From NCBI GenBank assembly GCA_965649825.1, contig OZ287704.1, forward strand, positions 790,301 to 854,300: 64,000 nucleotides of DNA, read 5' to 3'. Origin of the DNA: Penicillus capitatus (Eukaryota; Plantae; Chlorophyta). The notes below the pieces were generated by a model. It made no database searches. It saw only the letters and a program-made list of their open reading frames with translations, and was not told where the DNA came from. The position numbers were made by a program, and so were the translations under genes. Positions 1 to 13,263 of this stretch are shown piece by piece. Position 1 is the stretch's first letter; each line of letters begins with the position of its first letter.

Positions 1-1077
1 ATTCAGAATGCGACACAGTTTTATATTCTGCGTGTTTTATTGGGTGTTGCTGAGGGAGGAACGTTTCCTGCAATCTTTCACTTTTTATCACTTTTTTATC
101 CAGCTGAGCACGTTTCTGGGGCTTATTCCGTTGTGCTTTCAGCCGTTGCGTTCTCCATGCCCCTCTCTTCACCAATTTCGGCCGCCTTGCTGACTTTGGG
201 CGATCACATCGGCATCGCAGGATGGAGACTGTTGTTCATCGGGGAGGGGATGCTGCCAATTGCATACGCTGCACTACTGTACGCGTTCTTGGCAGAATCA
301 CCAGAATCATCAACTTTCTTAGAACCAGAGGAAAAGGCGTGGATTGCATCAGAGATGGAAACTTATTACCGCACTTCATCCGACCCACCACTCTTGGCGC
401 AGCTACGGACAGTCTTCAAAAGTGTGCGGTGGTGGTTATGCTCGACCGTTTGTTCTTTGATTTTTGCCATTTCAAGTCTTCTCATGTCCTGGGCCACACT
501 CATTGTCCACGACATGCTATATGGCGAAGATGAGGAAGACGAGGAGGAGGACAAGACCTGTGGATCAAAAGAAGGAAACTCGGCAGTATCTGTCCTCCTT
601 ACTGCCATCCCTTACCTATTCTCTGGATTGTTGTGTCTAGCTGTGCGATTCCACGGTTTAACCAACCAATCGAGATTTGTATGTGCCGTGACAGGTGCTG
701 GCGGAATCATGCTTATCGTCTGGTCGGTTGCTCGTGAGATCTCGCTCATGCTTGGCTTCATTTTGCTCACGGTATCCATTGCATCTGGATTTATTACTGT
801 CGGGCCTATCACTGCACTCGCTCTGGACACTTTTGACACTTCAACACATTCTACGGCAAGTTCTGTATACAACATGTTGACTTCCGTTGGCGCACTGGTT
901 TTTCCACCCATCGTTGGTCGACTGATCGACGATTTTGGATATGGAGTGGCCGTGGCGGCGTCTGGCGGCGTCTGTGTCTTTGCTGGCCTTCTTATGCTGT
1001 TTGTGCCGGAAACTGCGGTCAAACAAGTAACAGAAAAGAACCCCCGACATGCCAATGGCTCACACCCCAACCCCTAA
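1..1077 (+). CDS. MFS transporter, anion:cation symporter (ACS/TtuB-like) family, 5'-truncated by window start
   Basis: Open frame from base 1 (IQNATQFYILRVLLGVAEGGTFP...GWRLLFIGEGMLP) to TAA at 1075-1077. Multiple hydrophobic helices; paralogous to three genes at 38-47 kb. Confidence 0.85.
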   Translation: MQNATQFYILRVLLGVAEGGTFPAIFHFLSLFYPAEHVSGAYSVVLSAVAFSMPLSSPISAALLTLGDHIGIAGWRLLFIGEGMLPIAYAALLYAFLAESPESSTFLEPEEKAWIASEMETYYRTSSDPPLLAQLRTVFKSVRWWLCSTVCSLIFAISSLLMSWATLIVHDMLYGEDEEDEEEDKTCGSKEGNSAVSVLLTAIPYLFSGLLCLAVRFHGLTNQSRFVCAVTGAGGIMLIVWSVAREISLMLGFILLTVSIASGFITVGPITALALDTFDTSTHSTASSVYNMLTSVGALVFPPIVGRLIDDFGYGVAVAASGGVCVFAGLLMLFVPETAVKQVTEKNPRHANGSHPNP

Positions 1078-3157
1078 ATAACTTTCAATCACTTTTACCA
1101 GGATTTTTGGTCTGCTTAGCTGTTGCTGTTACTAACTCATCTGTCTGCTATTTACGTTGCAAGATGAAAATCTCATTCTCATAACGAACGGACAACGTTC
1201 ACATACACAATGCATGCAGGTTGCACATCTAAGCATGCACGGGACGCTTCGGGTCTAATACACTTGTTCGTTCGTTCATTCCTGACGCTGCCAGGCTTTG
1301 ACATTCTGCGCAGTTGAGAGGAGTGATCCACATCTGACTGCCGTTTTTGGCAGAAGAAGGCATCATGGAGGAAGTCTACGGATGTAGTGATCACGTAGAC
1401 GCATCTTTTTGCGCATCTGCTGTTTACATGACACTGCATTAGTACTATGGCAATTTTTAGAGAGTCGAGGACGAAGGAGAGCGATCGCATTAACAAATGT
1501 CCAATGCAAGTCGGCGTTTCTTAAAGTGTTTACTTTGCTATGCCATTGAGGATACGCGGAGAATCTGTCCAACTTTGAAGAGTTTTGTTTTGCGGGATTT
1601 GGGAAATCGTCGTGGGCTCGATGACAATACGGAAACGGACATAATTATTAGAGGACCGGTCGGCGATGACTTATCACGCGTGTGATTGGGTTTTATGCTC
1701 GTCGCGCATTCAAAAGCGGACCTGCTATGGAAATTCTCTTCGTTACCCAAAATCGCTTTCAGCGATTCCGCGTTCGGCAAGAAAATAATTGAGGAGCTCG
1801 ATCGACGCGTTTTGTCTCGTCGCGCTAAACTTGTTCTCCTTGCTTGCCTCGATCGTGGCAACGTTAGCTGCATAGCACGAAGTCGATGCAATGCACTAAA
1901 CTTGACGCGCAAAGAGTATGGGCACAGTGCGTGCTGTTCACTGGTAGCCCCGTTTCTGAAACCGTGGCAGCCAGCGTCTACTCAGCCGATTCGGTACACC
2001 CGGCCTTGGTTATTTTCTCTTGTGTTTGCTTGGGGACCGTTGTCAGTTGGATGAAGTCAGCTCAAAATAGGTACAGCTACGCCTGCTGCGTTTTTTTGTG
2101 AATGCAGGTGAGGAAGAAATCTATACGGCGGCGGTGTATCTTTTGCTTATGTTTTTTCAGCATCATACCTCACCGGCGCCTAGAGTGTAACAAGTAGTGC
2201 TCCCTATTTTCCGTGTTCATCTCATCACCGTTTTCAGCAGTCATGCTTTCCAAGAGTTCCCTTTTGTTATAGGACCTACAATACAGCGTCTAGATGTCGA
2301 CGTGAAACCCGACGGAGGCAGCTGTCCTGATGATGTGACAGACGAAAGCCGATAGGTGTCCCTCAACATAACCCAACTCCACATTGCAGCAGTATCCAAA
2401 TAACAACCGCATGAAATTCTGAACAGTCCAATGTTTTTAAAACAATTACCATAGATTATTTACTGTTTTGAAGGAGCCAATTTGATCGATGCGTTCTTCA
2501 AATCCAAAGTTTTGCGTTGCATTGCGAACTGCTCTTTGCATTTTCGAACTTGACTTGAAAGCCACAACGTCATGTGGCGGTCTGATTATTTTAACGGCTG
2601 TGATTTTGTGTGCACCATTCGTAAGAGACCGTTAACATAAGTCTTTCCCGTATCTTGCTAAATGTATTCAAGAAGAGACTTTTGAGCGATGTGCTACCGT
2701 TTGTGTCGATCCACTATCAAGTTGAGTGCCTAATTACTAAAATACACCGCGCAATAGCATGCGCGTTCTTCTTGATGCTTGTATCATCTCCTCTCTTTGA
2801 ACAGATGTATTATCTTGGCCTCACATTTTTATGGACATATGTAGACGATTCTTCATTGTCCGATCATGTGTTTAATTCTTTGTCCAAAACTCATTGAACA
2901 GTTTATTATTCGACTACCGAAGAAAACACACAGATGCTGAAGAATTAGAATTCTCGCACCGTCAAGATCTCGTTCACATCTCATTCGATCGACGACAATC
3001 GCCGGATCATGGCACACAGATTCTCGTACATTCCTATCATCTCTGGCTTGCCCACGACACAGCGCGGTGAGTGGGTGTTCACATCTGCACCGATTGCCTG
3101 CGTGCGTGCGTGCTATCTTTTGTCGGACACGATCTGATTTACGATCATTGTCGTGTA

Positions 3158-4192
3158 ATGGCGTTTGTATCTTTCCATCGATGGGGTTTTCTTCAACATC
3201 GACGTTCTCTCCCCATCTCCCCCATCCAACCGTCCAGGACAGGAAGCAATCGTGTCTGCGCCGCCGCCGATAAGCTCTACGAAGTTGCGGCTGTCAAGGG
3301 CATACGCGTTATCCCTGGCCCCGACTACGAGAATCCCGATCTCGAGTACCTCGTCGAGTGGAAAGATACAAAGGAGAGGACCTGGGAGCCAAAAGTCAAT
3401 CTCTCCCCGGATCTCGTGCGCGATTTCGATGATGGCTGGTGGACAGCGTGTCTCGAAGCGAAGAAAGATGCCTTGGCAGAACTGATTCACTACGGCGGCG
3501 ATGTCCTGGCCCACGTCTTCGACGAAAACGGCCGAACAGCTTTGCATTTCTGCGCCGCTCGTGGACATGCCGATCTCTGTCGATTGTTACTGGATCACGG
3601 CGCCGATCCCAATTTTCCCGACAAAGATGGATACAGTCCTCTTCATATGGCAGCTGGCTATCTGCATACCCATATTGTCACTCTCTTTCTGGAATACGGA
3701 GCCGATGCTCAACTTCCAGATGATCAAGGTCGGACACCTCTGTCACTCATGACCGGTCTAAGAGACAACCTTCCCGCCGACAATCCCAACGCTCTTGCCC
3801 GTCGCATGGCGCTGGAACAGGTCATCTCGACCCTGACACAAGATATGTATGAAGTGCTGACCCCCGCGGCTATCTTGGACGTTCGAGAGATCAACGGACT
3901 GAAAGAGTATCTGATTGAGTGGCCAGATGACTGCGAAGACTCCTGGGTATCGGAGAAAGACATGGCAGAGGATGTCCGAGACGATTTCGAAAAAGGATTG
4001 GAGTACGGCGAAGTGGCCGAAATTCTGGATCGCAAGATCCGAAAAAACGAACGGTTCTACCTCGTTCGATGGAAAGACAACTACAAGGACAGCTGGGAGA
4101 ATGAAGATCACATCGCCTCGGATCTGATCAGCGCGTGGGAAGCACAGAACAACGTCGAAGCATCGCCGAGGCGTCCCGCACTGGCAAAGTAG
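3158..4192 (+). CDS. cpSRP43: Chloroplast signal recognition particle 43 kDa subunit
   Basis: Transit-peptide-like N-terminus, chromodomain (EYLVEWKD...TWEP), ankyrin repeats (GRTALHF, GYSPLHMAAGY, GRTPL), then two more chromodomains (EYLIEW, FYLVRWKD). Intronless. Confidence 0.9.
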   Translation: MAFVSFHRWGFLQHRRSLPISPIQPSRTGSNRVCAAADKLYEVAAVKGIRVIPGPDYENPDLEYLVEWKDTKERTWEPKVNLSPDLVRDFDDGWWTACLEAKKDALAELIHYGGDVLAHVFDENGRTALHFCAARGHADLCRLLLDHGADPNFPDKDGYSPLHMAAGYLHTHIVTLFLEYGADAQLPDDQGRTPLSLMTGLRDNLPADNPNALARRMALEQVISTLTQDMYEVLTPAAILDVREINGLKEYLIEWPDDCEDSWVSEKDMAEDVRDDFEKGLEYGEVAEILDRKIRKNERFYLVRWKDNYKDSWENEDHIASDLISAWEAQNNVEASPRRPALAK

Positions 4193-4496
4193 AGCCGGAT
4201 ACTGTCTCTTTATCCTTAAGCAAGAACGGTTTGCGAGACTCTCCGTTTATTTGACATGGACGTTTCATAGACAAATAGAATAAAGAGACACACCAGAGTT
4301 GTCTCTTGCCTTGCTCTTCAGTTTGCTACTCGGTTCATGTTTCATAGCTGAAGTGCTTAAGGATGCCACATCCATGGCCGTATGATGCATGCATGATGCA
4401 CTGCAGCTTGCTAATAACATTTCGCCAGTGAAACAATGAAATCGAGATTAATTCAGAAGAAAACCACATTCCACGGAAAAAATCCTCCTGCAGTTT

Positions 4497-5759
4497 CTAG
4501 CCTTGAGTTTCATCCTCCTCCTCTTCTTCGAATGCTCTCTCAATCAGATCGTCAGTGACGGCGCGAGGCGGTGCCACTTCAGAAGGATGTTTCATTGCCA
4601 TCTCTACGATACGCATGGCATCCTCCACAGGCTGAACAGAATTATCATTTGAGCTTCTGATATAGATGTCGTTCATATTGAGAGCACTGGCCGGAAGGCC
4701 TTCCATATACCAAGGGTGATGCATCACCTCGCTAATGGACGCTCTTTTCTGTGGACTGTCCGTCAAGAGACGCTTCAGCAAATCACATCCAGCTTGAGAG
4801 ACATGATCTGGCACTTCAAAATTCAGAGATAACACACGTGCCAGTACCTAAACCCATCTCGCACTTCGACGACATCCGTGGCACAGCACTCGAATGAAAT
4901 TACTTCGCCCACTCGATGTTCTTCCTGCAGTTTGGCGTCGGATGTTCGGCTAAAGGGATACTGACCTGCCAGCATGACGTACAGGACGACGCCACATGAC
5001 CACAGATCGGACATCTTGGCATCATATGAATTGCCATTCGTCGAGACCACTTCCGGCGCCATATAGTCTGGAGTCCCAACACGTGATCTGTCACCGAACA
5101 GTCACATCAACGATGCTCTGATGGAGTGGGTGGCTGTTCCCTCACCTCGGCGCTGAGTCCCAGTCCTCATGCTTCGAATAGCCAAAGTCACAGAGCTTCA
5201 CCAACGGCAGTCGATTCCCCGAATGCAGCAGGACGTTTTCGAGTTTGATGTCTCTGTTCGCCACTCCTTTTCGATGACAATAATCCAGTCCAAAAATTAA
5301 CTGCTGGAAAAACCAACGCGCCACATCCTCTTGCAGCTTCTTTCGCTCCTGCCGAGCAACGCAGCATTTGATGACATGACCTGTGCACAGCTCATACCTG
5401 TACGAATGTAAAAAGGTCGCCTTGATCTGCATACTCCATAACAATCGCCAAATAGTCCGTCGTGACAAACACTTCGTAAAACTGGACGACATGAGGATGT
5501 CGCAGCGAACGGTGGTTCAAGATTTCGCGCAGCACATAACGCCGAATCGTTCGACCCCTTGGCAAGAACTTGATAGCGCAGATGCGGTTCTCCTCGCTAC
5601 AGCATAGGACTCTATAGAGTGAGCAGTCAGCGGCGTGTCGTTGGTGTACTTGTCTCTCGCTTTCAACACGAATCCAAAACTTCCGCTGCTCAGGTCTTTG
5701 AGTTTCACGTAGCGTGGGTGACCCTCAAGCGGATTCGGACGTTCGTTGACGGTAGGCAT
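4497..5759 (-). CDS. SnRK2-like Ser/Thr kinase, copy 1 (spliced)
   Basis: GSFG loop, [49 protein letters not shown] and an acidic C-tail, joined across ~50-nt GT-AG introns. Confidence 0.85.
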
Positions 5760-6440
5760 GACCTGTAGGGAGAGCGATAGGAAATGGGACAGAAGGGGCG
5801 ATGGACGGACGATGTGTGACGACGGAAGACGGCGTAAGAAAGTGAGGTTTGAAATCTAACAGACGATGGCATGTAAGCTGCAAGCGTTTTGTATTTTTGC
5901 GCTGTCACATCACTAACTGTTAAGTCAGTTCGCTATTCAGCAGCAACCAAATTCTGCTACAGATGATCGACGAAACGTTCGCGGAAGGTTCCGCGATGAC
6001 AAAAATAATAAAACAAGGATTTAATGCTCAAGCCCTTCGGCACAACTCTGCCACAAGCTGTTTTGGTTTAATTCCAGATACAATGATTACTGCAGAATCA
6101 TCGTGTATCTCATTCCAACCAACCAGATGGCAACCACCAGAAAAAATGACCACTTAACATTGTTGCATTACACAGCACGTCAACAGGAAGGGAACAGGCA
6201 AAACGGGGGATTGAATGAAGAAGAGTGGGCGGAATGAGATAATGGAATATAACATGAAGACAAAAACCGATGCTCCCGTCATGCAATTACCTCAATCTTT
6301 TCCTTCATCACCTCTGTCTTGTCCATCATTTTGGTCAAGGATTATTGCGAGGGGCTAGTTTAATAAGTCTGTCAGCCGGTCAGTATGTCGCGAAAGTATT
6401 AAAGAGGCTCAAGAGCTCTTGTTCTTGAAGAATGGTAAGT

Positions 6441-7888
<1,448 letters not shown>

Positions 7889-8457
7889 GATTCGGCGACT
7901 TTGCGGCAAGGCGACCGACGCGTGTGAAGGGGGAAGGGAAGGTAAGAACACTTAGACAGAACGGTTGACGCCGCGCTCCGTCAAATGGAGTATGTCACAA
8001 CAGACAGCGGACGAACGAACACGCTAGAGCGCCGACCGTTTAAAAAGCGATCCTGGCTCTGTCTGAAAGACGAAGTACGACTCTTGTGTGACGTGACCAT
8101 CGTTAGATAAGGGCAATGCAATACGCCATACGTCGACGCGGAGTCGTCATTCGCCGAACAAACATACTCTCCTTGTCGAATCGCGGCTCATGCCGATGTT
8201 TTGATCTACGCGAGCGGCTGAGCTGTGACGGAAACGACGCGGGCGTCGTCGAGGCACAGAACATGGACATCCAGCAGCGGTTAGGCATTGATCATTTGGA
8301 GCACAATTGGACATTCGTCTCCTGTCATTATTCGTGCCTTGGCGTTGAACGTGGGTCGACTCGTTTCTGCTCAGTTTTGACAAAACGTAAATCTTTTCGC
8401 AACACACGAAGCGCATCCCTGTTCTTCGCTTGAGCGAAACGAAGAGTGCAGGGACTG

Positions 8458-9201
8458 ATGGCCGGCCACGAGGAGGAAACGTTTGACACCGCTGACGCCG
8501 GTGCGTCTCTTACGTTTCCCATGGCAGCCGGTAGTGTTCGCAAAAACGGCTTCATCGTTATCAAGGGACGCCCTTGCAAAGTACCCCTTCTCGTTTATCA
8601 CACAGGAACGGCGCGGCCCACTGGCGGCGCTGTGAACGGTGCGGTAGGTTGTGGATGTGTCCACTTCAAAAACGGGAAAGCACGGACATGCGAAGTGCCA
8701 CTTCGTTGCGGTGGATATTTTTACGGGAAAGAAATATGAAGACCTTACACCTTCTTCCCATAACTGCGAAGTGAGAGAGAAACCCATCCCATTCACTCAA
8801 GGTCTAAGATCCGTCCGTACTCTGTGACCAACCAGGTCCCAAATATCAGTCGTACAGAATTTACGGTGCTGGACATCAATGATGAAGGATTTGTAAGTGT
8901 CCCTCTTCGATCAAGACGGTGTGATGTCACATCATCACATGTCCATGATTCTGCAGGTGACATTGATGGATGAGGCAGGCAACACTCGTGAGGATCTGTC
9001 ATTGCCCAAAGGCACGGAAGAGTTGGACAAAGTGGCAGACCAGATCAAGGAGTATCATGCAGAAGGGAGAGAGATGGTCGTGACTGTCCTCAAGGTCCAA
9101 TCAAGAGCACATGGCAAGAGGACCCGAACGAACATACCTCTTGTGTTTTGCAGTCCATGAATGAGGAGTGCATCAATGCGGTCAAAATCACGAACGAGTA
9201 A
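8458..9201 (+). CDS. eIF5A: Eukaryotic translation initiation factor 5A (spliced)
   Basis: [17 protein letters not shown]...GRPCK|[19 protein letters not shown] hypusine motif. Short GT-AG introns; TAA at 9199-9201. Confidence 0.95.
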
Positions 9202-9411
9202 AGATCTTGAAAAGGCAGGCGCTTCTTGACTCATTTGCGTTGTCCTCAATGATGGGCCTTCTAGTCATCTATATGGCCACAGCTTGAATCCGAAAGAAGG
9301 TTTAGCAAAGGTTGTCGAATTAACTAACGGTGCGCGCACCGACGATCATGTGTCAACTTCGGAACCTACCAACAACAACAGATACGTTTCGTTCAGCTCG
9401 AGAAGTGCACG

Positions 9412-12400
9412 ATGTTGCGCAGGGTCGGCTTATCTGTGTCGACGCGACCGGCAATACGTCGCCCGGCAACTCGCCTTCGTCCAGAGCCGTTCAGCTATAA
9501 CCCCGTTTCGCGTCGTTTCGTTCGACTGTACAGCTCCGGGTTTCAGAAAGGTCGGACGCGAAAAAGCTCTTCGATTCGTACGAGTCTCGCCGAGGCGGAC
9601 AACGCTCCACCGAACGATGCGTCGTTTTCGGATTCGGACATCTCGGAACCGCTCATCGAGATTTCGGTCCCTTTCACCAAAGTGCTCTGTGCCAACCGTG
9701 GCGAGATTGCCATCCGTGTGTTTCGTGCTGCGGATGAATTGGGATTGCGTTCTGTCGCGATCTACAGCAAAGAAGATCGCCTTATGCCACACCGCTTCAA
9801 TGCCGATGAATCGTACCTCGTTGGCAAACCCGATTCTTCTCCCGTGGCGTGTTATCTCGACATCGAGGAAATCATCAAAGTAGCGAAGAGTGTGGGCGCC
9901 GATGCCATTCATCCTGGTTACGGATTTCTCTCAGAGAATCCCCAACTGTCCCGTCGATGTCAGGAAGAAGGGATCGCCTTCATCGGTCCTCCACCCAAAG
10001 TACTGGAGCAATTGGGTGATAAACTCTCGGCGAGAAAAGCCGCAGAGGAGTGCGGCGTGAAAGTCATTCCTGGCACAGATGATCCAATCACAGATGTGGA
10101 GGATGCACGTGCCTTTGCTAAGAAAGTCGGCTATCCCATTATGCTCAAAGCGGCATTGGGTGGAGGTGGCCGTGGCCTGAGAGTCGTCTATACACCTTAT
10201 GAGCTACGGGAGGCCTTCTCCAGAGCAACGAGTGAAGCAAAGGCGTCGTTTGGGGATGGTCGTATGTTTGTGGAAAAGTACATCGAGAATCCACGTCACA
10301 TCGAAGTGCAGATTCTGGCAGACAATTATGGCAATGTGGTGCATCTCTACGAGAGAGACTGTTCTGTCCAGCGTCGTCATCAGAAAGTCGTAGAAATGGC
10401 GCCCTCGATAGGACTGTCGGTCGCCACAAGACGTGCCATCTTCAGAGACGCCACCAAACTGACAAAGCATGTCGGATATCGCAATGCGGGAACTGTGGAA
10501 TTCATCGTCGATCAGAAAGGGCACCATTATTTCCTGGAGGTCAATCCACGCATCCAAGTGGAGCACACCGTGACAGAAGAGATCACTGGGATCGACATTG
10601 TACAGAAGCAGATCTACATTGCAGGAGGAGCTCGATTGGAAGACATTGGACTGCAGAACCAACGCTACATCCGAGCCAGCGGTTTTGCCATTCAGTGCCG
10701 TGTCACATCAGAAGATCCACAGCAAGAGTTCAAACCGGACAGCGGAAGGCTGGAAGCTTTCAGAGTGCCTGGAGGGCCAGGAATTCGATTAGATGGAAGT
10801 GTGGGCGCTGGAAACGTTATTGGCCGCTACTACGACTCTCTGCTCTGCAAAGTGATCACGTGGGCGCCGACATTTGAGAAGGCCGTGCAGAAGATGAGGA
10901 GATCACTGAATGAGTTTCAAGTGAGAGGCGTCAAAACGAACATCAAGTTTTTGTCACGGGTACTGCATCATCCTGATTTTCTGTCTGGGAACGTGGGAAC
11001 AGGCTTCATAGCAGATCATTTAGCCGATCTGCTTTATCCCAAAGTTGCTCCCTTTTCGGGCAGGAGCATTCAAACGACGAATATTCTGCAGTACTTGGCC
11101 GATCTCCGTGTGAATGGTCCGGATCATCCGGGAGCTGTCGGTTCGCCTCCCTCCAAAAATGTCCCTCCACCGTTGGCCATTCCCGAAAAACTGCTCGACG
11201 AGCCTCTGACAGGATGGAGAGATATTCTGGAGAGCGAAGGACCAGAGGGTTGGGCAAAAGCCGTGCGAAAACACCAGGGCGTTTTGCTGACAGATACGAC
11301 CTGGCGTGATGCCCATCAGTCGTTGTTGGCAACCCGAGTGCGAACACACGACATGCTCAAATGCGCAGACGCCACAGCACGGATCCTGTGCCGAGCTGGA
11401 TCGTTAGAAATGTGGGGCGGTGCCACTTTCGATGTCGCCATGCGTTTTCTGCATGAATGTCCTTGGAGAAGACTGGAACAGCTCAGAGAAGCTGTACCCA
11501 ATATTCCATTCCAAATGCTCCTGCGTGGTGCAAATGCAGTGGGCTACACTTCCTATCCAGACAATGTTGTCCAAGCATTCGTCCGAGAGGCCAAGAAGAC
11601 AGGAATCGATATCTTTCGCATCTTTGACTCGTTGAATTATTTGGACAACTTGAAGTTTGGCATCGATGATGTGCGAAACGTCGATGGTGTGGCCGAAGGG
11701 ACAATCTGCTATACGGGTGATTTGACGTCCAAGAATGAGACGGTCTATACACTGGACTATTATCTGTCCTTGGCGCATGACCTTGTCAACCATGGCGTGC
11801 ATTCTCTGGCTGTGAAAGACATGGCAGGATTGCTCAAGCCTCGTGCGGCGACGGAGCTGGTGTCTGCGCTGAGACGAGAGTTCCCTGACATGGTGATCCA
11901 TGTTCACACGCATGACTCTGCCGGAACGGGCGTCGCCACACAAATTGCGAGTGCCAATGCTGGAGCAGATATCGTCGACTGCTGCATCGACTCCATGTCT
12001 GGCATGACTTCTCAACCGTCCATGGGCGCTATTGTGGGTGCATTGAGAGAAACGGATATGGATACGGGATTGGATCTGGATATGCTGATGAATCTAGATG
12101 TGTTCTGGGAACAGACAAGGGGACTCTACGCCCCTTTCGAATCCAATCTCAAATCGACCTGTGCCGATGTCTACAGCCATGAGATGCCAGGAGGCCAGTA
12201 TACCAATCTCAAATTCCAGGCCATGAGTTTAGGACTCGGTAGCGAATGGAGTCGCATCAAAAAAGCTTATGCCGAGGCGAATCAGGTCCTGGGGAATATC
12301 GTGAAGGTCACACCGAGCAGCAAAGTGGTTGGCGATTTGGCACAGTTTATGGTGCAGAACAATCTCGATGTCCATTCCGTCGTCGAGCAGGCAGAAGAGC

Positions 12401-13263
12401 TGTCATTCCCCAAGAGTGTCGTGGAATTTCTTCAAGGATACCTCGGCCAGCCACCAAACGGATTTCCGGAGCCGTTGCGGACGCGAGTACTGAAGGGACA
12501 GCCCGTTATCGAAGGTCGTCCAGGCAAGAACATGCCAGATACCGATCTGAAAGCGCTCGAAGCCAATCTGGTTGCCAAATGGGGAGCTGATAATATCACT
12601 CCCCGGGATGCCATCTCATCCGCCCTCTATTCCAAGGTCTTTGATGACTACAAGGCATGGCAGCAGAAATTTGGAAGCATGATCGAGAAACTGCCTACGC
12701 GAGAGTTTTTGGTCCCTCTTGAAGAGGATGAGGAACTGACGGTCAGTCTTGCCAAGGGCGTCGACATTACGTTCGAATACAAAGCCGTCGGCGAGTTGCA
12801 GCCAGATGGCACACGAGAAGTCTTCTTTGAATCCAATGGCGTGCCCCGTATCGTTGAAGTCTTCGATCGAAAGAACGTGACAGAGAAGACAGCCATCCGA
12901 GAAAAGGCCGTTGCGAGTGATGTGGGATCTGTTGGAGCTCCAATGAGTGGAGATGTCATCGAAATCGTTGTCACTCCTGGTGCGAAAGTGAATGCAGGTG
13001 ATGATGACATTTCGTTGGGGAACCACTGCGATTGTGATGAATGGGATGCAGGTGATCAATTGGTCATCCTGAGTGCGATGAAGATGGAGACGGCTGTGTG
13101 TGCTCCGTGTACGGGACTGGTGCAACATGTGGCCGTGATGAAGGGAGACATTGTGGATGCGGGTGATCTTTTGGTGATGATCAATTCGAAGAATGGAAAG
13201 GAAGAAGTCAAGGACAGTGTCGCGTCTGAAAAGGAAGAAGCGCAGACAGCATCGGCACCGTGA
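9412..13263 (+). CDS. PYC: Pyruvate carboxylase with organelle targeting peptide; one predicted in-frame 54-nt intron (12998-13051)
   Basis: Biotin carboxylase (VLCANRGEIAIR, HPGYGFLSEN), carboxyltransferase (TDTTWRDAHQSL, EMWGGATFD) and biotinyl domain (AMKM). Confidence 0.95.
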   Translation: MLRRVGLSVSTRPAIRRPATRLRPEPFSYNPVSRRFVRLYSSGFQKGRTRKSSSIRTSLAEADNAPPNDASFSDSDISEPLIEISVPFTKVLCANRGEIAIRVFRAADELGLRSVAIYSKEDRLMPHRFNADESYLVGKPDSSPVACYLDIEEIIKVAKSVGADAIHPGYGFLSENPQLSRRCQEEGIAFIGPPPKVLEQLGDKLSARKAAEECGVKVIPGTDDPITDVEDARAFAKKVGYPIMLKAALGGGGRGLRVVYTPYELREAFSRATSEAKASFGDGRMFVEKYIENPRHIEVQILADNYGNVVHLYERDCSVQRRHQKVVEMAPSIGLSVATRRAIFRDATKLTKHVGYRNAGTVEFIVDQKGHHYFLEVNPRIQVEHTVTEEITGIDIVQKQIYIAGGARLEDIGLQNQRYIRASGFAIQCRVTSEDPQQEFKPDSGRLEAFRVPGGPGIRLDGSVGAGNVIGRYYDSLLCKVITWAPTFEKAVQKMRRSLNEFQVRGVKTNIKFLSRVLHHPDFLSGNVGTGFIADHLADLLYPKVAPFSGRSIQTTNILQYLADLRVNGPDHPGAVGSPPSKNVPPPLAIPEKLLDEPLTGWRDILESEGPEGWAKAVRKHQGVLLTDTTWRDAHQSLLATRVRTHDMLKCADATARILCRAGSLEMWGGATFDVAMRFLHECPWRRLEQLREAVPNIPFQMLLRGANAVGYTSYPDNVVQAFVREAKKTGIDIFRIFDSLNYLDNLKFGIDDVRNVDGVAEGTICYTGDLTSKNETVYTLDYYLSLAHDLVNHGVHSLAVKDMAGLLKPRAATELVSALRREFPDMVIHVHTHDSAGTGVATQIASANAGADIVDCCIDSMSGMTSQPSMGAIVGALRETDMDTGLDLDMLMNLDVFWEQTRGLYAPFESNLKSTCADVYSHEMPGGQYTNLKFQAMSLGLGSEWSRIKKAYAEANQVLGNIVKVTPSSKVVGDLAQFMVQNNLDVHSVVEQAEELSFPKSVVEFLQGYLGQPPNGFPEPLRTRVLKGQPVIEGRPGKNMPDTDLKALEANLVAKWGADNITPRDAISSALYSKVFDDYKAWQQKFGSMIEKLPTREFLVPLEEDEELTVSLAKGVDITFEYKAVGELQPDGTREVFFESNGVPRIVEVFDRKNVTEKTAIREKAVASDVGSVGAPMSGDVIEIVVTPGAKVNAGDDDISLGNHCDCDEWDAGDQLVILSAMKMETAVCAPCTGLVQHVAVMKGDIVDAGDLLVMINSKNGKEEVKDSVASEKEEAQTASAP

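Noticed and set aside
2300-2360. Hammerhead ribozyme-like CTGATGA...GAAA
   Set aside because: Stem II lacks the G-C closing pair, and no stem III or UH cleavage triplet can be formed.
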